A stretch of DNA of 63,163 bases, filler included, from Octopus bimaculoides (taxonomy: Eukaryota): assembly GCF_001194135.2 (NCBI RefSeq). It is 7 parts of 7 records of this genome, joined end to end, with 100 filler letters (N's around TTAATTAATTAA, not from the genome) between each part and the next. Parts side by side here need not be neighbours in the genome. Positions count along the whole stretch, not along the records: positions 47,790 to 53,968 come from NC_068996.1; positions 54,069 to 57,842 come from NC_069003.1; positions 57,943 to 60,709 come from NW_026407431.1; positions 60,810 to 63,163 come from NC_068991.1; 3 more parts are not named here. One strand, 5' to 3'. The first letter of the stretch is position 1, and each line of letters starts with the position of its first letter. The notes below the pieces were generated by a model, which was not told the origin of the DNA, did not search any database, and saw only the letters and a list, made by a program, of their open reading frames with translations. Made by a program: the position numbers and the translations under genes. This document shows, in pieces, positions 51,105 through 63,163 of this stretch.

Positions 51105-51968
51105 TGTATGTATGTATATATATGTATATATATATATATATATATTATTAAAAAATATGGCAAAAAATCATATATTAATTAATATCGATTAATTACCAGG
51201 AAGCTAGCACATTTAAAGAATCAAAGAGATTCAGAAACAGTATCTGCAATCTCAGGGGATTAAAGTACATTTTTATATATGACGTTGACCACTAACGTGG
51301 ACATTCAATGTGCTAGAAATAGATCACATCTTGTGTCTAATAAGACCTAAATTGTTCTCAACATGAAATATAGNNNNNNNNNNNNNNNNNNNNNNNNNNN
51401 NNNNNNNNNNNNNNNNNNNNNNNNNNNNNNNNNNNNNNNNNNNNNNNNNNNNNNNNNNNNNNNNNNNNNNNNNNNNNNNNNNNNNNNNNNNNNNNNNNNN
51501 NNNNNNNNNNNNNNNNNNNNNNNNNNNNNNNNNNNNNNNNNNNNNNNNNNNNNNNNNNNNNNNNNNNNNNNNNNNNNNNNNNNNNNNNNNNNNNNNNNNN
51601 NNNNNNNNNNNNNNNNNNNNNNNNNNNNNNNNNNNNNNNNNNNNNNNNNNNNNNNNNNNNNNNNNNNNNNNNNNNNNNNNNNNNNNNNNNNNNNNNNNNN
51701 NNNNNNNNNNNNNNNNNNNNNNNNNNNNNNNNNNNNNNNNNNNNNNNNNNNNNNNNNNNNNNNNNNNNNNNNNNNNNNNNNNNNNNNNNNNNNNNNNNNN
51801 NNNNNNNNNNNNNNNNNNNNNNNNNNNNNNNNNNNNNNNNNNNNNNNNNNNNNNNNNNNNNNNNNNNNNNNNNNNNNNNNNNNNNNNNNNNNNNNNNNNN
51901 NNNNNNNNNNNNNNNNNNNNNNNNNNNNNNNNNNNNNNNNNNNNNNNNNNNNNNNNNNNNNNNNNNNN

Positions 51969-52002
<34 letters not shown>

Positions 52003-52184
52003 ATGAAAAATACACATTGTGTAAAGGACATCACCAATGAGTGAAAAATTACCAAAAGAAGAAAACTCCTCATCAGTTGTTGACTGTTTTACTACTCTCT
52101 ATTTCATGCTTTTAACAACAATATAGGGAACTTCATAAGACAGCAGCATCCAGAAATTTTTAAAATATAAAATTCATATATACA

Positions 52185-53455
52185 CAGGGTGTGCCATTTT
52201 ATATTTTTTATTTCATGTATGGATGTTGTTTGTTTTTGATTTTCTTGTCTACACAGTATAGTAGGGTCAGTTGCACACTGTCTGTTAGAGAAACAGCACT
52301 ATGACAATTCACTCTGCCAGAAGTTTGGAAACAACAAGCTGTACTGCTTGGCATTCATGCCAGAAGCTCCAATATAAACATTTCAGAGTGTTCGGGTGTC
52401 AATCTGAGGACAGTGCAGAAGATTCGGAAAGAGTTGGATGAGTCTAATGGTGATTACAAAGGTACGGCAGCTCGGAAAACTCTGATCGTTCTGATAAAAA
52501 AAGAACTCCTGAATTTCTTGGTGAGATTCAGGCCATGATTAACAATGATCCCTCAAAATCAATCAGGTCCATCGCCAGGGATATGGAAGTGTCTGAGTTT
52601 CTTATCAGGCAGGTAGTGCATGAAGACATTTGGTATTCCTCATACAAGATGAGAAAGGGACAATTTTTATCCCAAGCCATCAAGCACAAGAGGAAAGACC
52701 ATGCTATGAAACTTTTGAGCAAACTCAAGTATCCCTGCCAACTGAACATGCTTTGGTTTTTCTCAGACGAGAAAAATTTCTGCCAGGATCAGATGATGAA
52801 CACACAGAAAAACCGTTGGTTTGCTGTGTCCCCAAAACATGTACCGAGAGTGATAAAAACCAAACATCCAATCAACATCATGGTGTTTGGAGTGATCACT
52901 AGTGATGGTGACGTTAAGCTTCCATTCCTCTTCCCACACAACCTCAAATTCAACACAGAGGCTTACATCAAATGCCTAGAGGAGGTAGTGCTACCCTGGG
53001 TCAAGAGGGTGGCTGCTGGAAGACCCTGTCTCTGGCAACAGGACTCTGCACCATGCCACACAGGCAAGAGAACCCAGTCATGGCTGTCAGACAATTTCTG
53101 CAACTACATTACCCCTAACATCTGGCCACATAACTTCCCAGACTGCAACCCCCTTGATTATTATGTGTGGGGCACAGTTGAGTGAGAGACCAACAAAAGT
53201 CCTTGTAACACCAAAGATGAACTGAAGGCAAGGATTATGGCAACATTCACCAACTTAAACAAGGAGACCATTCAGGAGATTCTGAAGTTGTCTGGAGGCC
53301 GTGGTTGAAGCCAATGGCGATTTCATTGAATAAACTTACTCTTTAGTATTTCAATATATTTTTTTGTAATTTTGGTGAATATATCTGTTAAAACGAAATG
53401 TCAGTGATATTTTCATTTTTTATAATTTAGACAACAATTCATTCACCGCACCCTG
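52185..53455 (+). mobile_element. Near full-length Tc1/mariner element, DD37D (maT) transposase pseudogene
   Basis: CAGGGTG...CACCCTG|TA ends, 1271 bp; FSDEK, WQQDSAPCH and PDCNPLDY with 37 residues between the 2nd and 3rd D; nonsense codon at 53183-53185. Confidence 0.85.
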
Positions 53456-53491
53456 TATATATAAAGATGATGATGATGATAATGATATATA

Positions 53492-53968
53492 TCATCATCA
53501 TCATCGTTTAACGTCCACTTTCCATGCTAGCATGGGTTGGACGATTTGACTGAGGACTGGTGAAACCAGATGGCTACACCAGGCTCCAATCTGATTTGGC
53601 AGAGTTTCTACAGCTGGATGCCCTTCCTAACGCCAACCACTCAGAGAGTGTAGTGGGTGCTTTTACGTGTCACCCGCACGAAGGCCAGCCAGGCGGCACT
53701 GGTAACGGTCACGCTCAAAATGGTGCATTTCATGTGTCACCCGCACAAGAGCCAGTCCAGGGGCACTGGCAAAAGATCCCGATCGAAAATCGAACGAAGG
53801 CCAGCCAGGCGGCACTGGCAACGGCCACGCCCATAATGGTGCATTTCATGTGTCACCCGCACATGAGCCAGTCCAGGGGCACTGGCAATGATCTCGCTCG
53901 AAAATCCTACGACGGCCCCGCACAAGAACCAGTCCAGGGGCACTGGCAACGATCTCGATCGAAAATCC
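53492..53968 (-). mobile_element. RTE-X-tail repeat with tandem ~116-bp GC-rich subunits
   Basis: First ~190 bp match 5503; gaaggccagccaggcggcactgg at 53680 and 53796, plus a partial third unit. Confidence 0.75.
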
Positions 53969-54068
53969 NNNNNNNNNNNNNNNNNNNNNNNNNNNNNNNN
54001 NNNNNNNNNNNNTTAATTAATTAANNNNNNNNNNNNNNNNNNNNNNNNNNNNNNNNNNNNNNNNNNNN
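53969..54068. other. Artificial scaffold spacer
   Basis: 44N-TTAATTAATTAA-44N. Confidence 0.95.
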
Positions 54069-54352
54069 CAGTGGTTAGGGCAGCGTACTCGCGGTCGTAG
54101 GATCGCGGTTTCGATTCCCAGACCGAGCGTTGTGAGTGTTTATTGAGCGGAAACACCTAAAACTCTACGAGGCTGCGGCAGCGGGTGGTGGCGTACCCTG
54201 CTGTACTCTTTCACCACAACTATCTCTCTCCCTTCCTTCCTGTTTCTGTTGTACCTGTATTTCAAAGGTCCAGCCTCATCACACTCTGTGTCACGCTGAA
54301 TCTCCCCCGAGAACTACGTTAAGGGTACACGTGCTTGTGGAGTGCTCAGCCA
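54069..54352 (+). mobile_element. tRNA-derived SINE (family of 26035)
   Basis: cagtggttagggcagcg..ggtttcgattcccagacc..ccctgctgtactcttt. Confidence 0.85.
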
Positions 54353-54553
54353 GATTACAGACATGTATACAGACATCCGTACGGAAATTTTTAGAACGAG
54401 TGCTGAAGAACATACATGTGAAATAAATCGTTCCCTGTTGCTATTTCAATGCTTTTAGGTAATACAAATATTTTGTTTACTAATAGACATTTGATTCAGT
54501 TCACTTTATTTATTATTCAATTACAATACGGTCTGTTGAACTGCTCAGGTAAA

Positions 54554-54590
<37 letters not shown>

Positions 54591-54823
54591 GTGTGAGTGC
54601 TTATTCCTTGTGTGTTTGTACGAGTACATATGTATTTGTATTGCATGCATAATTATTCATGCAACGATTTTGAAGATCTCTTTTGATGTGTCCGTTTTGT
54701 GTATATGAGCTTATTTGTGTTTGTGTGTGTGTGTGTCCGTGTTATATATGTGTATGCGTGTGTATCCGTGTTGTTTGTGTGTATCCGTGTGCGTGCGCGT
54801 GTATATGTATCTGTGTGTGTGTG

Positions 54824-54858
<35 letters not shown>

Positions 54859-55330
54859 NNNNNNNNNNNNNNNNNNNNNNNNNNNNNNNNNNNNNNNNNN
54901 NNNNNNNNNNNNNNNNNNNNNNNNNNNNNNNNNNNNNNNNNNNNNNNNNNNNNNNNNNNNNNNNNNNNNNNNNNNNNNNNNNNNNNNNNNNNNNNNNNNN
55001 NNNNNNNNNNNNNNNNNNNNNNNNNNNNNNNNNNNNNNNNNNNNNNNNNNNNNNNNNNNNNNNNNNNNNNNNNNNNNNNNNNNNNNNNNNNNNNNNNNNN
55101 NNNNNNNNNNNNNNNNNNNNNNNNNNNNNNNNNNNNNNNNNNNNNNNNNNNNNNNNNNNNNNNNNNNNNNNNNNNNNNNNNNNNNNNNNNNNNNNNNNNN
55201 NNNNNNNNNNNNNNNNNNNNNNNNNNNNNNNNNNNNNNNNNNNNNNNNNNNNNNNNNNNNNNNNNNNNNNNNNNNNNNNNNNNNNNNNNNNNNNNNNNNN
55301 NNNNNNNNNNNNNNNCCAAAATTGAATATA

Positions 55331-55366
<36 letters not shown>

Positions 55367-55908
55367 CTTAGCCGATTGTATGTGTGCGTGTGTATGTATG
55401 TATGAACATGTGTACGCGTGTAGGAATGAGCAGGAAGCGAACAACGGCTACCTTGCGAAACACGAATTCTCCTGCCCTTTAAAATAAAAATGGCGATAGC
55501 AAAACTTTTAATAGGAAACGGAGCCAAGAAGATTAATGTGACGGAGTAACATCAGGAACGAATAAATATGAATCGAAATGCAGGCATGTAGGTGGTTGGC
55601 ATTTCCCCCCCCCCTTCTGTTGGAGAAGTTAGAACACGGAGAATTTACCATAAACTAGTCTTGATGGAGACATAAGTAAACAATGGTCACGTGGGTTGCG
55701 GAGTGGGTTTGAGATTAGCAATGAAATCATCAAGATATAAATTATCTTAAAGCTTACGGTTGACTTCAAAGTGAACATACCACGGTATGTGTTTATTATA
55801 GTCAGCGTCGAATCATTGCTGGAATGTTGTAAAAATATCCTATCACGCAATATGGTGGTTTAGCAGAAAGCTTACAGAGCTCGGACGATGCATGTACTAT
55901 ATCAGTAT

Positions 55909-56121
55909 TCTTTTCTACTTTAGGCACAAGGCCCGAAATTTTTGGGAAGGGGAACAGTCGATTAGATCGACCCCAGTACGCAACTGGTACTTAATTTATC
56001 GACCCCGAAAGGATGAAAGGCAAAGTCGACCTCGGCGGAATTTGAACTCAGAACACAAAGACTGACGAAATACCGCTAAGCATTTCGCTCGGCTTGCTAA
56101 CGTTTCTGCCAGCTCGCCGCC
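55909..56121 (-). mobile_element. Full-length tRNA-SINE (family of 42824)
   Basis: Reverse complement of ggcggcgagctggcagaa..ctttgcctttcatcctttcggggtcgat. Confidence 0.85.
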
Positions 56122-56303
56122 TTATACTCTTACAGTATTGAATATTTAACCCAGTCATCAAGGTGGTGGGTTGGTAGATCCTGTAAAGATGGCGGAACAC
56201 ATTCTTTACTTTATGTAATGGCCTATTTTTCGTTATTAGTTCGAGTCTTTCCGAGGTCCCTTTTGTTTTAGATTCCTTTGGCGTTGATATATATACTTAT
56301 ACA

Positions 56304-56373
<70 letters not shown>

Positions 56374-57774
56374 AAGGTTGATCGGAGAATTGAGGGTGGA
56401 TTTGTGAAAATAGCTTCTATTTCGGCTCTATAATTTCAGGCCTTCATGTTTCAGATCCCATTCTTAGCAAACTGTTCGAATATGATCTAAAATACAGCAG
56501 AGAAAAAAAGGATGATTTAACAATGTTGCTTTGATTTATTTTTGGATGGAACTTATAAAAGTTGACCATAGAAATTATAGTGGATTTATGAAAGTATGCA
56601 AAATACTTCCATCCAAATATTCCTCTTTCTAAAACCAGACTGAGGCTCACTGAAATACAAGCTAATCATTTTCAAACATCGATCAGTTTCGGAAACTGAT
56701 CAATCAATGAACCAAGAAAATTTCTTTCTACTCTATACAAAAGCCTAAAATTTGAGTGGAGGAGGAGTAAATCGATTACGTCGATCCTGGGGCTCAAGTA
56801 ATACTTATTTTATCACCCCCTCCCCCCACCACCACAAAGCTACGAAGTGTAAAATAGACCTCGGCGGAATTTGGATGTAAAGAACCGGAAGAAGTACTGA
56901 TGAGCATTTTACCGGAAGTGGGAACGATTCTACTTTATCGTCGCCTTAAATGAAGCAGGAAAAAGTGATGTGATAACTGTTACAGAGGAGTAAGGGAAGA
57001 AAAGTTTCCATGAGAATTAATTTGACAGAATGAATTTACAAACCAAAAGATTCCCACAAAATGATAAAGCGGGTTTCCAAAACCGTTAGCGATAACGATG
57101 GGTTTACGAGTGCAGCCGCAATTTTACTGGGTAGGCCGAAGCCTATATCGGCGTAATGTAATAAACTAGTACAACCTGGCATTTGACTGAGTTGTGAATA
57201 GCCAACGTACGTAATTAGACAGGAGTAGCTGTACAAGGAATAAAATATTTATGAAATTTTACAAGTAGCCATATTAAGATAACCTGAGATAAGCCATCGT
57301 TTTTACACTAAAAGTTTTCTATTTTCTTCATCATTTTTTTCTGAAAAGAATAAATTGTAACTAAAATTACACGTTACATTAGTATCTTCAGTAAAGAGAC
57401 ACAATTGTGAGTTTAATGAGATTAAAATCTTAAATTTTCAGAAAACCCTCCCAGGATCTGCGCGCACGCATATGCATATATATACATAATATATATATAT
57501 ATACATATACATGCCTACATACAAACATGCATATATGTAGTTAGGCGCACAGGCGCACATATTTATAAATATGTAAATCAATAAACATACATAAATGTTT
57601 ATTTACGTATTTATATATATGTGTGTGTGTGTGTGTGTATACACACTCACACATACATACGCATACACACCACTTCTTAAGTACAGACTGAATTAAGGAG
57701 ATAACTAAAAGACGTTAACATAGAACTCACCGAATAAGCAAAGAAACCGATTGACGTAGTTCTCTCTCTTCCAG

Positions 57775-57842
<68 letters not shown>

Positions 57843-57942
57843 NNNNNNNNNNNNNNNNNNNNNNNNNNNNNNNNNNNNNNNNNNNNTTAATTAATTAANN
57901 NNNNNNNNNNNNNNNNNNNNNNNNNNNNNNNNNNNNNNNNNN
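57843..57942. other. Artificial scaffold spacer
   Basis: 44N-TTAATTAATTAA-44N. Confidence 0.95.
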
Positions 57943-58589
57943 ATATATAAATATATATATACACATATATGTATGTACCTCTAGATGTACATATATGTAC
58001 ATACATATGTTCACATATACACACATACATACATACAAACATACATACATGCATACACACACACATGTATGTATAGATATACATATTTATGTATCTATAC
58101 ACACTCACACACATACATAAATGCTCGGAAGTGTGTGTATATAGGATATATATATATATATATACATACATACAAACCCCACCACCTTATATGCATACAT
58201 ATACGGGCATATACAGACCCACACACACACACACACACATAATTGCATAGAACAACATTTGAATAAGACATTCATAGAGAACAGACAAGAAGAGGAAGGA
58301 GAGGATGGCAACGCTGGCGAGAGATCATCGCCAGAGACAAAACCCCCATTGAAATATTTGTGATGGGGATGACGTAACCATCACCGGACACCAGTGGCGC
58401 CATCTTGTTAAAAGTACTTCCAGCGTTAACAGGATTGGTTTTGTTGTAGATAATATAGAGGGCCTGATTGCGATGGTGGGGACGGGGAGAGCCAGATGGG
58501 TGTATATAATTTGCGGAAGGCCTGCGGAGACAGGTATATGATGTAGAGTAGAGAGGCTGTTGATTGCGATGAGGAGGTGTAGAAAATGT

Positions 58590-58925
58590 TTTACTCGTTT
58601 CAGTCATTTGACTACAGGCCATGCTGGAGCCCCACCTTGAAGAATTATTTTAGTCGAATGAATTGAACCGAGTTCCTTTTTTCTAAAGCCTGGTGCTCAT
58701 TCGATTGGTTCTCTTTTGCTGAACCACTTATTATTATTATTATTATTATTACCAATGTAGTTCTTGGGGGAGATTCAGTGTGACACAGAGTGTGACAAGG
58801 CCGGCCCCTTTGAAATACAGTTAGAATAGAAACAGGAAGAAAGAGCGAGAGAAAGTTGTGGCGAAAGAGTACAGCAGGGGTCGCCACCATCCACTGCCGG
58901 AGCCTTCTGGAGCTTTAGGTGTCTT
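58590..58925 (-). mobile_element. CORE-type SINE 3' end (58590-58720) and partial 26035-family SINE (58752-58925)
   Basis: Matches to 2291 and to the reverse complement of 54140-54310. Confidence 0.7.
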
Positions 58926-58991
58926 CGCTGTATGTGTGTGTGTGTGTTGTGGGTGCATATATGTATGTGTGCTTGTGTGTATGTATATGTG

Positions 58992-59353
58992 TTATTTCTT
59001 TACTACCCACAAGGGGCTACACACAGAGGGGAGAAACAAGTACAGACAAACGGATTAAGTCGATTATATCGACCCCAGTGCATAATTGGTACTTATTTAA
59101 TCGACCCCGAAAGGATGAAAGGCAAAGTGGACCTCGGCGGAATTTGAACTCAGAACGTAGCGGCAGACGAAATACCGCTAAGCATTTCGNNNNNNNNNNA
59201 TATCGACCCCAGTGCGTAATTGGTACTTATTTAATCGACCCCGAAAGGATGAAAGGCAAAGTGGACCTCGGCGGAATTTGAACTCAGAACGTAGCGGCAG
59301 ACGAAATACCGCTAAGCATTTCGCCCGGCGTCCCTAACCATTCTGCCAGCTCG
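58992..59353 (-). mobile_element. Young tRNA-SINE (family of 42824) with an internal 125-bp duplication across a 10-N gap
   Basis: 59064-59189 equals 59200-59323 except for one base. Confidence 0.8.
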
Positions 59354-59759
59354 TATATGTGTGTGTGTGTGCGTGTGTGATGAGCCCTGTTAGGTGAGAC
59401 TTGTCTGAGATGCCGTGCAGTGAGATTGAACTCATAACCAGATGGTTACCAAGCAAACTTCTTGACTACATGTCCATGTTTTTCTTCCTAATTGTTGTTG
59501 TTGCTGTTGCTGCTGCTGCCATTGTTGTCAAACGTGATTGTTTCCACACAGCAATTCAGCCTCCATCTTGTCCGATGCCAGCACAGATTCATCAGAGGAC
59601 ATCAGTGCCATCTGGGGACCATTATTGGCAGACAATGAGGCACCAGCGTTCTGTGTGAACGGCGTAAAATGTCCCGGATGCAACCTGATTGATTAGACAA
59701 TCTCATTCGTTAATCCGATAACGATGCTTCAACGACTCAACAGATTAGACTTCTATACA

Positions 59760-59809
59760 TCCATGTGCGCATGCGTGGAGAGTGTATGTATAGCTGTACG
59801 TTTATACAG

Positions 59810-59843
<34 letters not shown>

Positions 59844-59916
59844 GTATATGTATACATACATGTGTATATATATATATGTATACATACATGTGTGTGTATA
59901 GATGTGTGTATATATA

Positions 59917-59952
<36 letters not shown>

Positions 59953-60124
59953 CATATGTATATGTGTGTGTATAGATGTGTGTATATGTGTGTGTGTGGG
60001 TGTGTGTGTAGATATATATGTATGATTGTAGGTGTATGTTTAGGCATGTATGTGTGCATGTGCGTGTGTATGTATATGAGCTTGTGTATATATGAATGTG
60101 TGTATTTGTGTCAGTGTGTGTATG

Positions 60125-60158
<34 letters not shown>

Positions 60159-60189
60159 TATATACACACATATATACATATGTATATGT

Positions 60190-60224
<35 letters not shown>

Positions 60225-60292
60225 TACATAAATATATATATTATAAAAGACATATACATGCATATATCTATATATGCATATACTATAGAAGC

Positions 60293-60332
<40 letters not shown>

Positions 60333-60568
60333 ACATATAAAAGACAATTAGCTGCACTGCGTACGTAGGTGTGTTATACCCATATGCATGTATATATAAT
60401 TGCATGTATATATGTATGTACACACCTATGTATGGATGTGCCTACATTTGTTTGTATTTAACTCTCTGCGAGTGTATATGTGGGGGTTAAAAGAGCAGAA
60501 TTCAGCAGACGACATTTGTACAAACAAATTATATGTATGTATATATTCATATATATATATGTATGCTT

Positions 60569-60652
<84 letters not shown>

Positions 60653-60709
60653 ATATGTGTGTGTATATAGAAGTGTATAGATGTATGTATGTATATATAT
60701 ATGCATGTT
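59760..60709. repeat. (TA)n/(TG)n mosaic
   Basis: Directly visible. Confidence 0.95.
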
Positions 60710-60809
60710 NNNNNNNNNNNNNNNNNNNNNNNNNNNNNNNNNNNNNNNNNNNNTTAATTAATTAANNNNNNNNNNNNNNNNNNNNNNNNNNNNNNNNNNN
60801 NNNNNNNNN
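60710..60809. other. Artificial scaffold spacer
   Basis: 44N-TTAATTAATTAA-44N. Confidence 0.95.
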
Positions 60810-61604
60810 AACGTTGATATTTTTACCAAATATGGCAAATTTGATTATGAGATTTGAAGAGGATGAAAAAAATGTGCTGACAGAAATTACGTAAAAATAG
60901 GACACCGATGAAATGCAAAATTGTTAATATGATAGCTTTAGGACAAATTAAATTAAATATAAAAATATTAAAGAGAATGGCTAATTTATAGGAAAGTAGG
61001 AGCGAGTAGTTTGTAATCTTTTATCATCCCACTCGCCTGATTCCGTTCATACAGTATCTTTCCAATCCCACAAACCTTTGCACCAATTTCTCCAATACTC
61101 ACACATCGCCATACATTTTTTGCCATTTCTCTCTTACGTGCAGGTGAAGCTATTTTGCAGGTCGATTGCTTTTGTATAAGATGATACGAATATGTTCCAT
61201 GCGTAGTTTATTTATTTTTATATGTATGAATGGGTGAAATATTAATTGCGTTGTGAAGAATAGAGTTTCCTGGGGAACTTAAACTGAATGGGTTTAATCT
61301 GTGTGCAATTGGCAGTGTAGCGTTATCTGATTGGTAACCAAGGAGGGGTAAATTATTTCTCTCCCTTGCCGACACGCTGAGAATATCTCTGAACGTTTTT
61401 TTACTTTTCATTTATTACCAAAAATAATTCTTCACACATTTTTAACAACTGCTCCAGAGAAACAGGTGCACGTGTGCATCGCTTCTGCTTGTTTGCAGTT
61501 AAATTACGCAATCCAGATTGTATTGAGACCTTTGCGTAATGATTAGGGCTTGCTTTCATCAGTGAACAAGCATCATCATAAATTTTGCATCTCTAATCTT
61601 TCAT

Positions 61605-61800
61605 TTCCTTGTTTCAGTCATTAGACAGCAGCCATGCTGGGGAACACCTTGACGAATTTTTGGTCGAATGAATCGACCACAGTACATACTTTCATTCTTA
61701 AGCCAGGTACTTATTCTGTGGGTCTCTTCTGCCGAACCGCTACGTTACGCGGACGTATCTACCCCGAGGTCTGTTATCACGTGTGGAGTAGGAAAAGCAC
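61605..61800 (-). mobile_element. CORE-type SINE 3' part
   Basis: ccttgtttcagtcattagac.gcagccatgctggg..gccgaaccgcta matches 2291. Confidence 0.7.
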
Positions 61801-61833
61801 AAACACACATGCATATGTATATATAATATATAA

Positions 61834-61881
<48 letters not shown>

Positions 61882-63126
61882 NNNNNNNNNNNNNNNNNNN
61901 NNNNNNNNNNNNNNNNNNNNNNNNNNNNNNNNNNNNNNNNNNNNNNNNNNNNNNNNNNNNNNNNNNNNNNNNNNNNNNNNNNNNNNNNNNNNNNNNNNNN
62001 NNNNNNNNNNNNNNNNNNNNNNNNNNNNNNNNNNNNNNNNNNNNNNNNNNNNNNNNNNNNNNNNNNNNNNNNNNNNNNNNNNNNNNNNNNNNNNNNNNNN
62101 NNNNNNNNNNNNNNNNNNNNNNNNNNNNNNNNNNNNNNNNNNNNNNNNNNNNNNNNNNNNNNNNNNNNNNNNNNNNNNNNNNNNNNNNNNNNNNNNNNNN
62201 NNNNNNNNNNNNNNNNNNNNNNNNNNNNNNNNNNNNNNNNNNNNNNNNNNNNNNNNNNNNNNNNNNNNNNNNNNNNNNNNNNNNNNNNNNNNNNNNNNNN
62301 NNNNNNNNNNNNNNNNNNNNNNNNNNNNNNNNNNNNNNNNNNNNNNNNNNNNNNNNNNNNNNNNNNNNNNNNNNNNNNNNNNNNNNNNNNNNNNNNNNNN
62401 NNNNNNNNNNNNTATATATATATATATATATATATATGGGATAATTTATGAAAAAAACAACAGACGAGGACAGGTGGTGTAAACAACAAATGGATGTATT
62501 AGTTTAACGCTCGGGAATGAGAGAGACGGAAGATGGAAGACACGAGAATCTTTATTGGTCACTACAGTTGTTTCGACCTATCTAGCATCGATACCTGGTG
62601 AGTCGGATACTGAGCATCTAATTTAGGTGCATCCGTCGGTGTAGATGTGTCTCCTTAGGTGATTGCAAGCTGTATCTAGTTAAAAGAAACACTGTTTCGT
62701 ATGATATCTTCTTGGTCTGCGTACATATAAATGGCAAATTAACGTATACATACTTACAGAAGATCCATGACAAATATCACATAGGAATAGAAGCAAGTAC
62801 ACAATACAGCGAATAAAGTATTAGACACGATTGTTACAAGATATGGGTGTATAAATACCTATACATATGTGGTCTCTCGCACGTATCCTCGCTCGTACAA
62901 ACGCACACGCACATACAAGCACATACAAACATTTGTGGTATGGCGCACATACGCTCGCACACAGAATTAAATAGACATTAAAAAAGTCATTGGCTATTAT
63001 TACTTGCAAGTGGCATGACTCCGATTGGTAAGGAGTCACAGATTATGCGGTGCAGTTCACTGGATCAGGCTGGTGGTACAGTCATTGTACAGCAGTTGTA
63101 CAGTCATAAATACCGACACATATATG

Positions 63127-63163
<37 letters not shown>

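Noticed and set aside
54404-54435. CTGAAGA-acatacatgt-GAAA
   Set aside because: Only a 3-bp AU-rich stem II and no stem I or III.
55490-55549. Ankyrin-like peptide MAIAKLLIGNGAKKINV
   Set aside because: No TPLH motif, stop after 19 codons and no splice context; likely chance.
59064-59323. Apparent tandem duplication of a SINE body
   Set aside because: The two copies differ by one base and flank a 10-N gap, which fits an unmerged contig overlap or two haplotypes.
62555-62610. Minus-strand GAAACAACUGUA-GUGA with matching UCAC, as in a PLE hammerhead
   Set aside because: No CUGANGA between the stem I arm and GAAA; at best a decayed remnant.
175-63039. Numerous long ORFs in the track rich in YI, VC, HT, poly-I/L or X
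   Set aside because: They are translations of microsatellites and N gaps, not genes.
1-63163. CRISPR arrays, rRNA genes, telomeric arrays
   Set aside because: None seen; the regular repeats are microsatellites or tandem duplications without unique spacers.

Overview
AT-rich, microsatellite-saturated, gappy draft sequence from a large animal genome. The SINE/LINE/Penelope repertoire points to an octopus; this is inference from recalled repeat families, not a search. The window is not one locus: six identical 100-nt spacers (44N-TTAATTAATTAA-44N) join seven separately assembled pieces, so adjacency across them is unproven. The only host gene I can support is the first coding exon of OS9 (ER lectin) at 14374-14538 (+). 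No further OS9 exon was recognised in the remaining ~15.5 kb of that piece. The rest is transposon debris: several tRNA-derived SINE families; R4/Dong-like RLE retrotransposons sitting in (TAA)n tracts; CRE-like, L1/Tx1, RTE and RTE-X fragments; a Penelope-like RT+GIY-YIG remnant with inverted ends; a DD37D (maT) mariner; a Tigger/pogo remnant; and a foldback MITE. Most ORF-track entries are microsatellite or gap artefacts. The most interesting signal is a short non-coding repeat built as tRNA-like Pol III head + (TAA)n + an apparently intact short-stem-III (dimer-type) hammerhead ribozyme (36013-36058). It has a mutated inverted partner copy, and a second, different hammerhead-bearing repeat family occurs at 10353-10398. 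This suggests SINE/retrozyme-like elements using Penelope machinery; it is untested.
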